From: Winogradskyella tangerina
GTDB lineage: Bacteria > Bacteroidota > Bacteroidia > Flavobacteriales > Flavobacteriaceae
Direction of reading: 5' to 3'
NCBI RefSeq assembly: GCF_003260205.1
Contig: NZ_QERF01000001.1
Location: forward strand, 553,985-617,984
DNA: 64,000 nucleotides
The notes under the pieces are model-generated. The model ran no database searches. It was not told where the DNA came from and was given only the letters and a program-made list of their open reading frames with translations. Below are positions 20,115 through 30,342 of this stretch, piece by piece (the stretch's first letter is position 1; the number at the start of each line of letters is the position of its first letter). Made by a program: the position numbers and the translations under genes.

Positions 20115-20834
20115 CTAATGAAATACATCATTAAGCACTTGCAATGATTTAGGTTTTTTAAAACCATCCAAATGTAACTCAAAATAATACAATAACATAT
20201 TTAAAAACTCTTGTCTTTGTTTTGAGCTAATCTTTATACTACTAAGTGCATCAAAATTTATGCCCAACAATTGTTTTAACAATGTTAAATTTTGACCGCT
20301 AACCGAATACATACTGGTGGCGGTTTCTTCAAAAATGCCAGATTCTAAATTAAAAAAAGGATATTCTGTGTTGAGATATTCAGGTTGAAAACCCAGATAT
20401 CGCGTTAGCTTCAAAAGAAATAATAAATGAAAATTTGAGTATTGTTCTTCACTATCTAAATACTGAAGTGCTGTTTCTATATAGTTGAAAAGCGCTTCAT
20501 TTTGTTCTTCTTCTCTAAGTACAGCTGCAAGAATTTCAGACAGAAACATTACTATGGCACTTTTGTAAATATTACTATATAAACTACGGTAGATATAATT
20601 CGGTTTAACCTCTTTAATAGATTGAAGTTGTCTATTGGGTTTAAAGTTTTCTTCGATCTGAAGTTGTGATAAAGCCTGAAAATATACCGTTTTTGTATGA
20701 CTCTTTTTCGACTTTAAAACGCCTCTTAGAATATAACTCACAACACCTCTTTGCTGCGTATAACACTTTACAATGAGATCGTTATCCTTGTATTTTAGCT
20801 TAGACAGGACAATACTATTGTTTTTTGTGAGCAT
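20115..20834 (-). CDS. recO: DNA repair protein RecO
   Basis: It has an N-terminal OB fold (IVLSKLKYKDNDLIVKCYT...GVVSYIL) and RecO-like length and helical C-terminus. Confidence 0.8.
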   Translation of the reverse strand: MLTKNNSIVLSKLKYKDNDLIVKCYTQQRGVVSYILRGVLKSKKSHTKTVYFQALSQLQIEENFKPNRQLQSIKEVKPNYIYRSLYSNIYKSAIVMFLSEILAAVLREEEQNEALFNYIETALQYLDSEEQYSNFHLLFLLKLTRYLGFQPEYLNTEYPFFNLESGIFEETATSMYSVSGQNLTLLKQLLGINFDALSSIKISSKQRQEFLNMLLYYFELHLDGFKKPKSLQVLNDVFH

Positions 20835-20836
20835 AT

Positions 20837-23230
20837 CTAACGAACAATTAGAACCTTAAGGACTTTGGTTTCAAACGAATCTAAATCTGAGATCATTACC
20901 AAATAAACTCCGGTCCTCACAACGGAGTTTGCAAGATTTTTACCATTCCAGATCGCTGTTCCGCCATCAATAGCAAAATTATAATTGGCTGAAGACGATC
21001 TTTGGTTGACATTAGACTGTGCTTCGGCTACCAGATTACCTTCTACGTCTGTGATCTTTATATTCACCCTATCCGTAAGGCCGCTAATTTTAACACCTTT
21101 GTTTATGTCATTTAGATCGTTAAACCCGAGTATATTATATTCTGGTCGAACCGGATTTGGATACACAAAAGCGTTTTCGAGTGTTTCTTCGGGCTTAGAC
21201 CCACCCGCACGAAATGCGAGCATTCCTCTGATGGTAGCAATGTAAACGATTCCGTTATCTGCATCTATGGATATGTCGTTAATTCGATTGGAAGGCAAAG
21301 GCGAATTATCGGTCGTAAAATGAAAAATAGTGTTCTGACCATCGGGTGAAAAATAAAAAACGCCTGAATCTACAGTTCCAACCCATTTGTTATTAGACCC
21401 ATCTACTTCAATATCAGTAATGGTTTGTCCTTCTAACAATTCTTTAGGGATACCATCTTCAAGAATGATAATAGAACTTAGAGTAGGATTTGGGTCATCG
21501 TAAAAACCTGAAGTATTGAATAAAACCCTCAAGCCAGAAAAAGTTCCTACCCAAAGTTGATTTCTATTGTCTATGGCTAAGGAAGTGACCCTTGGAAAAG
21601 GTAGATTTTGTTCTTCAGACACTATATTTCGAAGTGGGTTATTCCCGATAGATTCGTTATAAGCATATAGTCCGTTTAAATAACCGCCAATCCACTTGGT
21701 ACCATTATTATCAATGGCTATATCAAAAAACCCAAATTCATCCGTTAAGGCATCTTCAATAATTGTTGAAAAATCATAACCTTGCCAACCTCCTGAATTA
21801 GGGTCATATGATTTTAATGGGTTTGGTGCCCTTGCTGTCATAGACCACAGTACGCCGTTTCTGTCGAAAATAGAGGCTGAAACTCTTATGCTTACAAAGT
21901 CTGGTGCACCTGGTACAACTAAAGACTCTAGCCCACTATTTGTTTGATTGTATAGAATGGTAGGTTCAAAATCATTGATCTCTAATATGCCACTTTGAAA
22001 CGAACTCACAAAAACCTGATTTGGGTTAAAAGGGTTCACTGAAATTTCTGATAGATTTCGCGCCCCGAAAACACTATCAAATGGGATGCTCTCCCAAACT
22101 TCATCTCTTAAATAACTTAAACCTCTTGATCGTGTTGGCGCCGGATTTAAAGATTCGCTATAATCCCCGAAGCTTGCCCAAACTGTTCCCGTTTCGGCAT
22201 TTAATCTAAACACTTCATTAAATAGAGGCCCATTTGGTTTTATTTCCTGATATTCAGCTGCTCCTAATGTGGAGGTCGTTAACACCCCTAATTCCGTGGT
22301 TCCGATATAAATATTATTCCCAAAAAGTGTTGCTGAAGTGAAATTTGTATCGAAATCTGGGGTTGGCTGATAACTATTGGTTAATACTAAATTTTCATCG
22401 TAAACATATACATTATCTGCAGTAGACACTATAAAGTTAGATCCTGAAATCTCCGTATCATTTGGCAATTGTGGAATATTAAACAAAAAGGTTGCATTAT
22501 TGCCATCTACTTCGAGTAAGTCTGAATTAAATCTAATGGTATAAATTAGATTTGACAAGGCATCTACTGAGAAAAAATTACCGTCCAAAATAGTCTGCCA
22601 TTGCATAAAGTCGATAAGATTTGGATTATCTAAATCTGCTTTTTTAAGACCATTCCCGTCAGAGCATGCAGCAAATATTTCGTTATTAAGGACAGTCACC
22701 TGATTTACGACAACCTGCGCACCACCATTACCTAGAAAATAGGTGTCACCGAATTCTAAACGTTCTAAATCATAAACTGAAACCCCAAATCCTGTTGAGA
22801 TATAAATGAATCCTTCATTTTCAAAAAAGTGGTTAATACGTTTACGAGCAGGTGTGATATTGTCTTTTTCAAGTATGTCAACAACTGAAAGTACTGAGGC
22901 ATCAGATTCAAAATATAGTTCTATGAGTCCTGTTTCGTATCCTATTAATAGTAATTGGAATTCTGCACTGTAATGAATGGTTGTAATTTGTTCACCTGAA
23001 AGACCTTCAATTGTTGTGATGGTATTTAAATCTCCGGTATTGGTATCATATTCAAAAATGGCATTCTGAGCTGCTGCATAAATTTTATTATCACCAGCCA
23101 CAACATCTACAATATCATTATAAGAGTAATGCGCTTGCCATAAGGATGAGAAATCTTGAGCATTACCCTTCAAATAAAATAAAAAGGTCAACGAAAATAG
23201 CCAGACCTTAAATGCCGTTTTGTTCATCAA
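20837..23230 (-). CDS. two-propeller secreted protein with a T9SS C-terminal domain (PorZ-like)
   Basis: It has a signal peptide, two-component-regulator propeller-type repeats (NKWVGT, QLWVGT, GVFYFS), and a C-terminal T9SS sorting domain (VYPNPVRPEY...YLVMISD...KVLIVR). Confidence 0.5.
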   Translation of the reverse strand: MMNKTAFKVWLFSLTFLFYLKGNAQDFSSLWQAHYSYNDIVDVVAGDNKIYAAAQNAIFEYDTNTGDLNTITTIEGLSGEQITTIHYSAEFQLLLIGYETGLIELYFESDASVLSVVDILEKDNITPARKRINHFFENEGFIYISTGFGVSVYDLERLEFGDTYFLGNGGAQVVVNQVTVLNNEIFAACSDGNGLKKADLDNPNLIDFMQWQTILDGNFFSVDALSNLIYTIRFNSDLLEVDGNNATFLFNIPQLPNDTEISGSNFIVSTADNVYVYDENLVLTNSYQPTPDFDTNFTSATLFGNNIYIGTTELGVLTTSTLGAAEYQEIKPNGPLFNEVFRLNAETGTVWASFGDYSESLNPAPTRSRGLSYLRDEVWESIPFDSVFGARNLSEISVNPFNPNQVFVSSFQSGILEINDFEPTILYNQTNSGLESLVVPGAPDFVSIRVSASIFDRNGVLWSMTARAPNPLKSYDPNSGGWQGYDFSTIIEDALTDEFGFFDIAIDNNGTKWIGGYLNGLYAYNESIGNNPLRNIVSEEQNLPFPRVTSLAIDNRNQLWVGTFSGLRVLFNTSGFYDDPNPTLSSIIILEDGIPKELLEGQTITDIEVDGSNNKWVGTVDSGVFYFSPDGQNTIFHFTTDNSPLPSNRINDISIDADNGIVYIATIRGMLAFRAGGSKPEETLENAFVYPNPVRPEYNILGFNDLNDINKGVKISGLTDRVNIKITDVEGNLVAEAQSNVNQRSSSANYNFAIDGGTAIWNGKNLANSVVRTGVYLVMISDLDSFETKVLKVLIVR

Positions 23231-23295
23231 AAGATTTGTTTTATCAAATATATTAATAGTAACGATAATATAGCTTCATTAATATACTAACTGCA

Positions 23296-23323
23296 TAAAA
23301 AAACCCTCATAAAATGAGGGCCT
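23296..23323 (-). terminator. rho-independent terminator of gdhA
   Basis: On the minus strand the hairpin CCCTCATTTTATGAGGG is followed by a U-run. Confidence 0.7.
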
Positions 23324-23346
23324 TTATTGTTATTCTGTTGGATGTA

Positions 23347-24690
23347 CTATACAACACCTTGAGCTAACATGGCATCCGCAACTTTAACGAAACCTGCAAT
23401 GTTAGCACCAGTAATATAATCTACTGTACCATCATCATTTTTACCATATTGTACACAAGCGTCATGGATATCAGACATGATATCTTTAAGTCGTGCATCA
23501 ACTTCTTCTCTTGTCCAACTTAGACGTAAGGAGTTTTGACTCATTTCTAATCCGGAAGTTGCCACACCACCAGCGTTAGATGCCTTTCCAGGTGCAAATA
23601 ATATTTTTGCTTTTTGGAACTCATGAATAGCTTCTGGAGTAGATGGCATATTAGCACCTTCAGACACACAAATACAGCCATTTGCAATTAATTGCTTTGC
23701 TTCATCGCCATTAAGTTCATTTTGCGTTGCACATGGTAAGGCAATATCGCAATTTACTGACCATGGGCGTTCTCCAGCGACGTATGTTGCGTTTGGATAT
23801 TTTTCAACATACTCTTTAATACGTCCTCTTCTAACATTTTTGAGATCCATTACAAATTGTAACTTTTCAGTATCAATGCCTTCTTCATCAAAAATGTAAC
23901 CACCAGAATCTGATAAAGTAAGTACTGTTGCTCCTAATTCGATAGCCTTTTCAGCAGCATACTGTGCTACATTACCAGAACCAGATATCACAACTTTCTT
24001 ACCTTCAAAAGAATCATTTCTTGTTTTTAGCATATTTTCGGCAAAATAAACATTTCCATATCCTGTAGCTTCTGGTCTAATTAATGAACCACCCCAAGAT
24101 TGTCCTTTTCCTGTCAACACACCAGTAAATGTGTTATTCAATTTCTTATACATTCCGAACATAAAACCGATTTCTCTGGCACCAACACCTATATCACCAG
24201 CAGGGACGTCTGTATTATGCCCGATATGTCGGTATAATTCCGTCATGAACGCATGGCAAAAGCGCATTACTTCATTATCGGATTTACCTTTAGGATCAAA
24301 GTCAGATCCACCTTTTCCACCACCCATTGGAAGGGTAGTTAAACTGTTTTTGAATACCTGTTCGAAAGCCAAAAACTTAAGAATACTAGCATTCACCGTT
24401 GGATGGAAACGCAATCCTCCTTTGTAAGGACCAATAGCAGAGTTCATCTGTACTCTGTAACCTCTATTAACTTGAATTTCTCCAGAATCGTCTACCCAGC
24501 TTACTCTGAACGATATTAAACGCTCTGGTTCTACCATTCTTAATAGAATATTTTTACCGTGATAAATATCGTGCTTAACGATATAAGGGATAACTGTTTC
24601 AGCTACCTCTTGAACAGCCTGTAAGAATTCAGGTTCGTGTCCATTTCGCTTTTTTACTTCATCTAAAAAAGCATCAATTTTATCTTTCAT
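23347..24690 (-). CDS. gdhA: NADP-specific glutamate dehydrogenase
   Basis: The pattern GGGKGG...GSGNVAQYAAEK...Rossmann fold and the catalytic-Lys region (KGGLRFHP) fit hexameric GDH. The start is taken at MKDKID. Confidence 0.9.
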   Translation of the reverse strand: MKDKIDAFLDEVKKRNGHEPEFLQAVQEVAETVIPYIVKHDIYHGKNILLRMVEPERLISFRVSWVDDSGEIQVNRGYRVQMNSAIGPYKGGLRFHPTVNASILKFLAFEQVFKNSLTTLPMGGGKGGSDFDPKGKSDNEVMRFCHAFMTELYRHIGHNTDVPAGDIGVGAREIGFMFGMYKKLNNTFTGVLTGKGQSWGGSLIRPEATGYGNVYFAENMLKTRNDSFEGKKVVISGSGNVAQYAAEKAIELGATVLTLSDSGGYIFDEEGIDTEKLQFVMDLKNVRRGRIKEYVEKYPNATYVAGERPWSVNCDIALPCATQNELNGDEAKQLIANGCICVSEGANMPSTPEAIHEFQKAKILFAPGKASNAGGVATSGLEMSQNSLRLSWTREEVDARLKDIMSDIHDACVQYGKNDDGTVDYITGANIAGFVKVADAMLAQGVV

Positions 24691-24910
24691 ATAAAAAATT
24701 GTTAAGAAATTGTGATTTACAGGGTGCAAAGATACATTATCTGTAAAAATTACGGCTTATTTTTTTTATATTCTCAATTATTTTTTGAATATTTCAGAAT
24801 TGCAGTAAAATTCTTCTCCCTAATAAGAAATATGCATTTTATCCGTTTTATTTGGTAGTTCGTCGAGTTTTTATATATTTGTTCGGCGACAGCTTAATCG
24901 TATTTATTAT

Positions 24911-25714
24911 ATGGGAATACATGTTAGAAAATTACTTTTTGGGTTTGTATTAGTCTTTTCAATGCAAAACTCGTTTGCCCAATTGGGTTTCTCGCACGAA
25001 ATAGGAGCATTTGTTGGTGCTGTTGCATTTCAGTCGGATTTTGGTGTTAGAAGTGATTTTGAGACTAATTCCGGTAATACTGGTGTAGCTGTAGGAATAG
25101 TTCACTACATCAATTTTGCTTATCGTGCAGACTGTAACTGTTATACTACAGATACGTATTTCAATGATCATTTTAAGCTAAGGAGTGAAATTTCCTGGAA
25201 TAAAACCACGCTTAATCATTTCGGAAAGTGGGTAGATGATGCCAGAACAAGTGATAATGCAGACCGATTAAGAGCCCATACAGGTGAAGCGCAAAATTGG
25301 GATGTTGGGATGCAGTTAGAATATTTCCCGAGAAGTATTAGAGCTTTTTCGGCAGGTGCTTATTCTTTTGCGCCTTTTGTTGCTCTCGGAGCGCATTATG
25401 TGTCGTTTAACCCTTCTGTTGAAACCACTTATGGGGATGGTAACATTTTAAACAACAACAATTTTTATAGTTTTTGGAATGACGCCTCAGGCGGCGATCC
25501 ATTTATTAGTCCAGATTCAGGTTCTACATGGTCTGTGGTAAGTAGCATAGGTACAAGATATAAACTTACTATACTTTCAGACTTGTTTGTAGAGCTTAGA
25601 TGGCAATACTATTTTGATGATTTTGTAGATGGATTAAATCACAAGTTATCATCAAATAAAGCAAATGATTGGAATTTATGGCTCAATTTCGGATATATCT
25701 ATTATCTCGATTAA
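24911..25714 (+). CDS. secreted hypothetical outer-membrane beta-barrel-like protein
   Basis: It has a signal peptide ending AQ, Gly/aromatic-rich alternating strands, and a terminal aromatic (YYLD). Confidence 0.4.
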   Translation: MGIHVRKLLFGFVLVFSMQNSFAQLGFSHEIGAFVGAVAFQSDFGVRSDFETNSGNTGVAVGIVHYINFAYRADCNCYTTDTYFNDHFKLRSEISWNKTTLNHFGKWVDDARTSDNADRLRAHTGEAQNWDVGMQLEYFPRSIRAFSAGAYSFAPFVALGAHYVSFNPSVETTYGDGNILNNNNFYSFWNDASGGDPFISPDSGSTWSVVSSIGTRYKLTILSDLFVELRWQYYFDDFVDGLNHKLSSNKANDWNLWLNFGYIYYLD

Positions 25715-25729
25715 GATCATAAACAACGC

Positions 25730-25765
25730 AAAAAAAAGACCGAATCTCGCGATTCGGTCTTTTTA
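25730..25765. terminator. bidirectional rho-independent terminator
   Basis: AGACCGAATC...GATTCGGTCT is a perfect stem flanked by A8 and T5. Confidence 0.7.
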
Positions 25766-25770
25766 TTTAT

Positions 25771-26910
25771 CTATCCTATGGCTTGTTTCAGATCTTCGAT
25801 TAAGTCCTCTTCATCTTCAATGCCTACACTCAACCTAATTAAAGAATCGACAACACCCGTTTTTTCTCTTTCTTCCTTCGGAATACTCGCATGCGTCATA
25901 CTCGCCGGATGCCCAGCTAATGATTCTACACCACCAAGTGATTCTGCGAGGGTAAATATTTTTAAGTTTTCAACTATTTTAATAGCCTCATCATAGTTGT
26001 TCCCTTTAGTAGTAAATGATACCATACCTCCAAAATCATTCATTTGAGATTTTGCTACTTCATGGTTAGGGTGACTTTCAAATCCTGGCCAATAAACCTT
26101 TTCAATCTTCGGATGACTTGCTAAATATTCTGCAACTGCTCTGCCATTTTCACAATGTCTTTGCATTCTAATATGCAAAGTTTTAATTCCTCTTAGAACC
26201 AAAAACGAATCCTGCGGACCACATACAGCTCCGCTTGCGTTTTGAATAAAATATAGTTTATCAGCTAAGTCTTTATCCCTTACAACTAAGGCTCCCATAA
26301 CAACATCGCTATGACCGCCTAAGTATTTAGTTGCTGAATGCATCACTATATCTGCACCAAGATCTAAGGGTTGTTGCAAATATGGTGTAGCAAATGTATT
26401 ATCAACCGCTAGCAAGACATTGTTCTTTTGAGCAATTTTCGAAACTGCCTTTACGTCGATTACATTCATCATTGGGTTAGTTGGTGTCTCTACCCAAATG
26501 AGTTTTGTGTCTGGCGTGATATACTCTTCAATTTTATTCGCGTTTTCCATGCCAATAAAATGAAACTTGATCCCAAAATCTTCATATATTTTGGTGAACA
26601 ACCTATAGGTACCACCATATAAATCATTTGTAGACACCACCTCATCACCGGGTTGTAACAACTTAATTACCGCATCGATCGCGGCCAAACCTGAACCGAA
26701 CGCCAATCCGTAATTTCCATTTTCTATGCTTGCAAAAGACTTTTCTAAGGCATTGCGTGTAGGATTATGAGTTCTTGAATATTCATATCCCTTATGACCT
26801 CCTGGCGTCGATTGTGCATAGGTTGACGTTTGATAAATTGGTGGCATTACAGATCCATAAGCCGGATCGTGTTCCTGACCACCATGTATGGTTTTTGTAT
26901 TGAATTTCAT
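25771..26910 (-). CDS. PLP-dependent trans-sulfuration enzyme (cystathionine gamma-synthase/beta-lyase/gamma-lyase family)
   Basis: The N-terminus (TKTIHGGQ...PIYQTSTY) and the PLP-lysine region (SATKYLGGHSD) fit the Cys/Met-metabolism PLP family. Confidence 0.85.
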   Translation of the reverse strand: MKFNTKTIHGGQEHDPAYGSVMPPIYQTSTYAQSTPGGHKGYEYSRTHNPTRNALEKSFASIENGNYGLAFGSGLAAIDAVIKLLQPGDEVVSTNDLYGGTYRLFTKIYEDFGIKFHFIGMENANKIEEYITPDTKLIWVETPTNPMMNVIDVKAVSKIAQKNNVLLAVDNTFATPYLQQPLDLGADIVMHSATKYLGGHSDVVMGALVVRDKDLADKLYFIQNASGAVCGPQDSFLVLRGIKTLHIRMQRHCENGRAVAEYLASHPKIEKVYWPGFESHPNHEVAKSQMNDFGGMVSFTTKGNNYDEAIKIVENLKIFTLAESLGGVESLAGHPASMTHASIPKEEREKTGVVDSLIRLSVGIEDEEDLIEDLKQAIG

Positions 26911-27055
26911 AATTTGAATAATTAAAATGCCTTAGACGTCTTTCAGATTTAAACTTTACAAAAAGGCAATTTTGAAGCAACAAATTTAACGTATAATTCG
27001 TTGTATTCAAACCAGTGAATTACCTTTATGGTAACCTTCTTAAAATCTTTTACTT

Positions 27056-27775
27056 GTGAAACGTTTTACATCACTAATTTTAATAATCACATGTCTGATG
27101 GCTTGTGAAACTGAAACTAAACCTATAGAATTTCAAACTGTATCAATCGAAAATACATATAATTCGGATATTTCTGTAAATATTGATAAGGCCTCAGGAA
27201 ATAGTGCATTGAGCGAACAGATTAATTCAAATATTGAAAAATGTATTGTTACATCTTTAAGTGATTCATTGAACAATGAAAGCCTGGAAACACTATTGAA
27301 TTCGTTTGATAAAGACTACATTGAATTTAAGAATGACTTTCCTGAATCTGCAGAACCTGTTTGGGAATTGCATATAGAAACGGAGGCGACCTATCAATCA
27401 GAATCGGTTATAAGCATTGCTGTAAGCACCTACGATTTTCAGGGCGGTGCACACGGAAACGATAAGATCACCTTTCTAAATTTAGATGCAAAAACTGGAA
27501 AACAATTAGCGTTTAGTGACCTCATTGAAGATTCTGAAGAATTCAAAAATCTGGCGCAAACTCATTTTATTAAATCACTCGAAGATGAGGATGAAGGGTC
27601 TAGTATGGAAGACTTTTTCTTCGGAAAATCTTTTCAACTTCCAGAAAATATCGGGTTTAGCGATGATGGATTAGTGATGCTATATAACATTTATGAAATT
27701 GCATCTTATGCTCAGGGTTACACTGAGTTTGTAATTCCTTTTGAAGAGGTAAAATCCTTTCTTAAGCTTTATTGA
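27056..27775 (+). CDS. DUF3298/DUF4163 lipoprotein (RsiV-like)
   Basis: It has a lipobox (LMAC) and the motif DFQGGAHGN characteristic of DUF3298. Confidence 0.6.
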   Translation: MKRFTSLILIITCLMACETETKPIEFQTVSIENTYNSDISVNIDKASGNSALSEQINSNIEKCIVTSLSDSLNNESLETLLNSFDKDYIEFKNDFPESAEPVWELHIETEATYQSESVISIAVSTYDFQGGAHGNDKITFLNLDAKTGKQLAFSDLIEDSEEFKNLAQTHFIKSLEDEDEGSSMEDFFFGKSFQLPENIGFSDDGLVMLYNIYEIASYAQGYTEFVIPFEEVKSFLKLY

Positions 27776-29019
27776 TCTGCTTTTTTTGTTAAGCGTTTTA
27801 TTATCGGACCAACCGTTAATCCTTGTCCCAATATCGAAACAACAACTACAATATAGGTAATGACTAAAAAGAGTTCTCTATGCATTTCTTTGCTGAGGCT
27901 TAACGCAAGGGCAATAGAGATACCTCCTCTGAGTCCTCCCCAGGTCATAATCAAATCTGTTTTAGGGACAAAGTCTGACCGTTTCGCAAAGAATTTAACG
28001 GGCATCCAAAGTGATAAATATCTGCACATCAAAACTATTGGAATGGCTAGTAAACCGGCATAAATAAACTTACCTTCAAGAGTTAAAACGAGCATTTCCA
28101 TACCGATCATTATGAAAAGAATAGTATTTAGAAGAACATCTATCAACTCCCAAAACTTGTCGACGTAAGTCTCTGTAGTCTCAGACATAGCAGTCTGACG
28201 CACAGTATCGTTGCCAACAATTAACCCCGCCGTAACCATAGCTAATGGCGCCGATAAGTGTAAATGGTGTGCAACCATGGTACCTCCCATAACTGCTGAA
28301 ATGGTTAAAATAACTTCAATTTCATAGTTGTCTATCGACTTCATTAATCGATATGTAACCCAACCTAAGAACAAACCTAATGCTATACCACCAATAACTT
28401 CTTCTCCAAACAAGGCTGCAATTTCCGAGAATTCTACGGGTGCATTTGGTTTCTCGGCAATTTTAAATATGGTCAGAAATACAACAACACCCACACCATC
28501 ATTAAATAGTGATTCGCCTACAATTTTGGTTTCTAATTTTTTAGGTGCGCCAGCTTTTTTCAGAATTCCTAGTACAGCTATAGGATCTGTAGGTGAAATT
28601 AACGCCCCAAAAAGCAAACAATTTATAAGGGTAACTTCTAGACCTAACCAACCTAAAACATAAAACATGATAATCCCAACAAGAAATGTAGACACTATTA
28701 CGCCGAGTGTAGCAAATGCAAGTATCGGACCTCTCTGCACCTTCAATTGATCAAAATTAGTGTGTAAAGCCCCTGCAAATAGCAGGAAACTCAACATTAT
28801 ATCGAGCAATACTGTTTCAAAATCTATACTATTAATAAACGCTTTTTCGCGGAGTAACAAGGTATCGTCAAACTGTGCTATACCAAGAATAACTATTGTA
28901 AAAACTATAGTAATGAGCATTAATCCTATGGTAATTGGTAGTTTTAGAAAGCGGACATTGATATAACCGAAAACAGCAGAAAGTACAATTAAAACTGATG
29001 CAATAGAGTAATAATCCAT
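27769..29019 (-). CDS. Na+/H+ antiporter, CPA1 (NhaP-type)
   Basis: It has about 11 TM helices and the ESLFNDGVGVV / TDPIAV motifs. Confidence 0.85.
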   Translation of the reverse strand: MDYYSIASVLIVLSAVFGYINVRFLKLPITIGLMLITIVFTIVILGIAQFDDTLLLREKAFINSIDFETVLLDIMLSFLLFAGALHTNFDQLKVQRGPILAFATLGVIVSTFLVGIIMFYVLGWLGLEVTLINCLLFGALISPTDPIAVLGILKKAGAPKKLETKIVGESLFNDGVGVVVFLTIFKIAEKPNAPVEFSEIAALFGEEVIGGIALGLFLGWVTYRLMKSIDNYEIEVILTISAVMGGTMVAHHLHLSAPLAMVTAGLIVGNDTVRQTAMSETTETYVDKFWELIDVLLNTILFIMIGMEMLVLTLEGKFIYAGLLAIPIVLMCRYLSLWMPVKFFAKRSDFVPKTDLIMTWGGLRGGISIALALSLSKEMHRELFLVITYIVVVVSILGQGLTVGPIIKRLTKKADQ

Positions 29020-29101
29020 AGGCTTATATTTTTCTTAAATGTAACTATTTTTCGTTTGAAATACGGTTACTTTGCAGTCTTAAATCCAATCAAATTTTAA
29101 T

Positions 29102-29455
29102 ATGTCTAAAATTTATTATTTGAGCACGTGCAACACGTGCATGAGAATTATTGATGAACTTAATCTACCTCAAGATTTTGAGCTGCAGGATATTAAAAAT
29201 GATCCTTTAACACCTGACCAAATTGAGAAGATGAGAGCATTAACTGACAGCTATGAAAGTCTGTTTAGCAAACGTGCGAGATTATACAAAGAGCTCGATC
29301 TTAAAAACAAAACACTTTCTGAAGACGATTATAAAGACTATATTCTTGAACATTATACTTTTTTGAAACGTCCTGTAATTCTATATAACGACCAGATCTT
29401 TATAGGTAATGCTAAAAAGACCGTAGAAGCTGCAAAACAAGCGATACATGAATAG
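29102..29455 (+). CDS. ArsC/Spx-family thioredoxin-fold protein
   Basis: It has the N-terminal YLSTCNTC (CxxC-like) motif of the arsenate reductase/Spx fold and is 117 aa. Confidence 0.65.
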   Translation: MSKIYYLSTCNTCMRIIDELNLPQDFELQDIKNDPLTPDQIEKMRALTDSYESLFSKRARLYKELDLKNKTLSEDDYKDYILEHYTFLKRPVILYNDQIFIGNAKKTVEAAKQAIHE

Positions 29456-30341
29456 TAGAGCCTTTGCCATTTTTGCTTTGTTTATGGTCCAGCTGCTTTA
29501 TGGGCTTAATTACACATTTGCCAAAGTGGTAATGAATGAAAACTACATTAAACCTTTCGCTTTTGTGGTGTTAAGAGTTGGTGGAGCAGCCGTTTTATTT
29601 TGGATATTTAGTATCTGGTTTCCGAAGGAAAAAATTGACCGGAAAGACTACTTCAGGTTTTTTGCTGCAGCCGTTTTTGGTGTGGTGATCAACATGCTTT
29701 TGTTTCTAAAAGGATTAGAACTCACGTCGCCAATTCATGCGTCGGCCATTGTTACAATTACACCTGTTATTATTCTGGTACTTTCAGCATTGATCTTAAA
29801 AGAAAAAGTCACTGCACTTAAGGTAATTGGTATTTTTCTTGCGCTTTGCGGTGCTTTGGTATTAACCATTTATGGCAAATCTACTCGTGCTGCTGATAAT
29901 ATTGTGTTAGGGAATATGTTTATATTCATTAACGCCATTTCTTATAGTATTTACATTATCTTAATTAAACAGCTAACGGCCAAATACCATCCCTTTACTT
30001 TTATAAAGTGGTTATTCCTTTTTGGCTTTTTTATGGTAATACCGTTTGGATATAATCAATTATACGAAATCCAATGGGAAACCTTTACCCCTTATGTATC
30101 ATTCTCTGTAGGCTTTGTAATTATTGGTGCAACCTTTGCGACTTATATATTGAATCCGTACGCATTAAGTAAATTGAAGGCCTCAACAGTTGGTGTATTT
30201 ATATATTTACAACCCGTAATTGCTGGTTTATTTGCCATTGTTATGGGCGTAGATGCAATCGATGTTATAAAGGTTATAGCCATGATGTTAATTTTCACGG
30301 GAGTCTATATTGTTTCGATAAAACCCAAAAAAGCACAATAG
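29448..30341 (+). CDS. EamA/DMT-family transporter
   Basis: It has ten TM segments in two EamA repeats. Confidence 0.8.
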   Translation: MNSRAFAIFALFMVQLLYGLNYTFAKVVMNENYIKPFAFVVLRVGGAAVLFWIFSIWFPKEKIDRKDYFRFFAAAVFGVVINMLLFLKGLELTSPIHASAIVTITPVIILVLSALILKEKVTALKVIGIFLALCGALVLTIYGKSTRAADNIVLGNMFIFINAISYSIYIILIKQLTAKYHPFTFIKWLFLFGFFMVIPFGYNQLYEIQWETFTPYVSFSVGFVIIGATFATYILNPYALSKLKASTVGVFIYLQPVIAGLFAIVMGVDAIDVIKVIAMMLIFTGVYIVSIKPKKAQ

Positions 30342-30342
30342 T

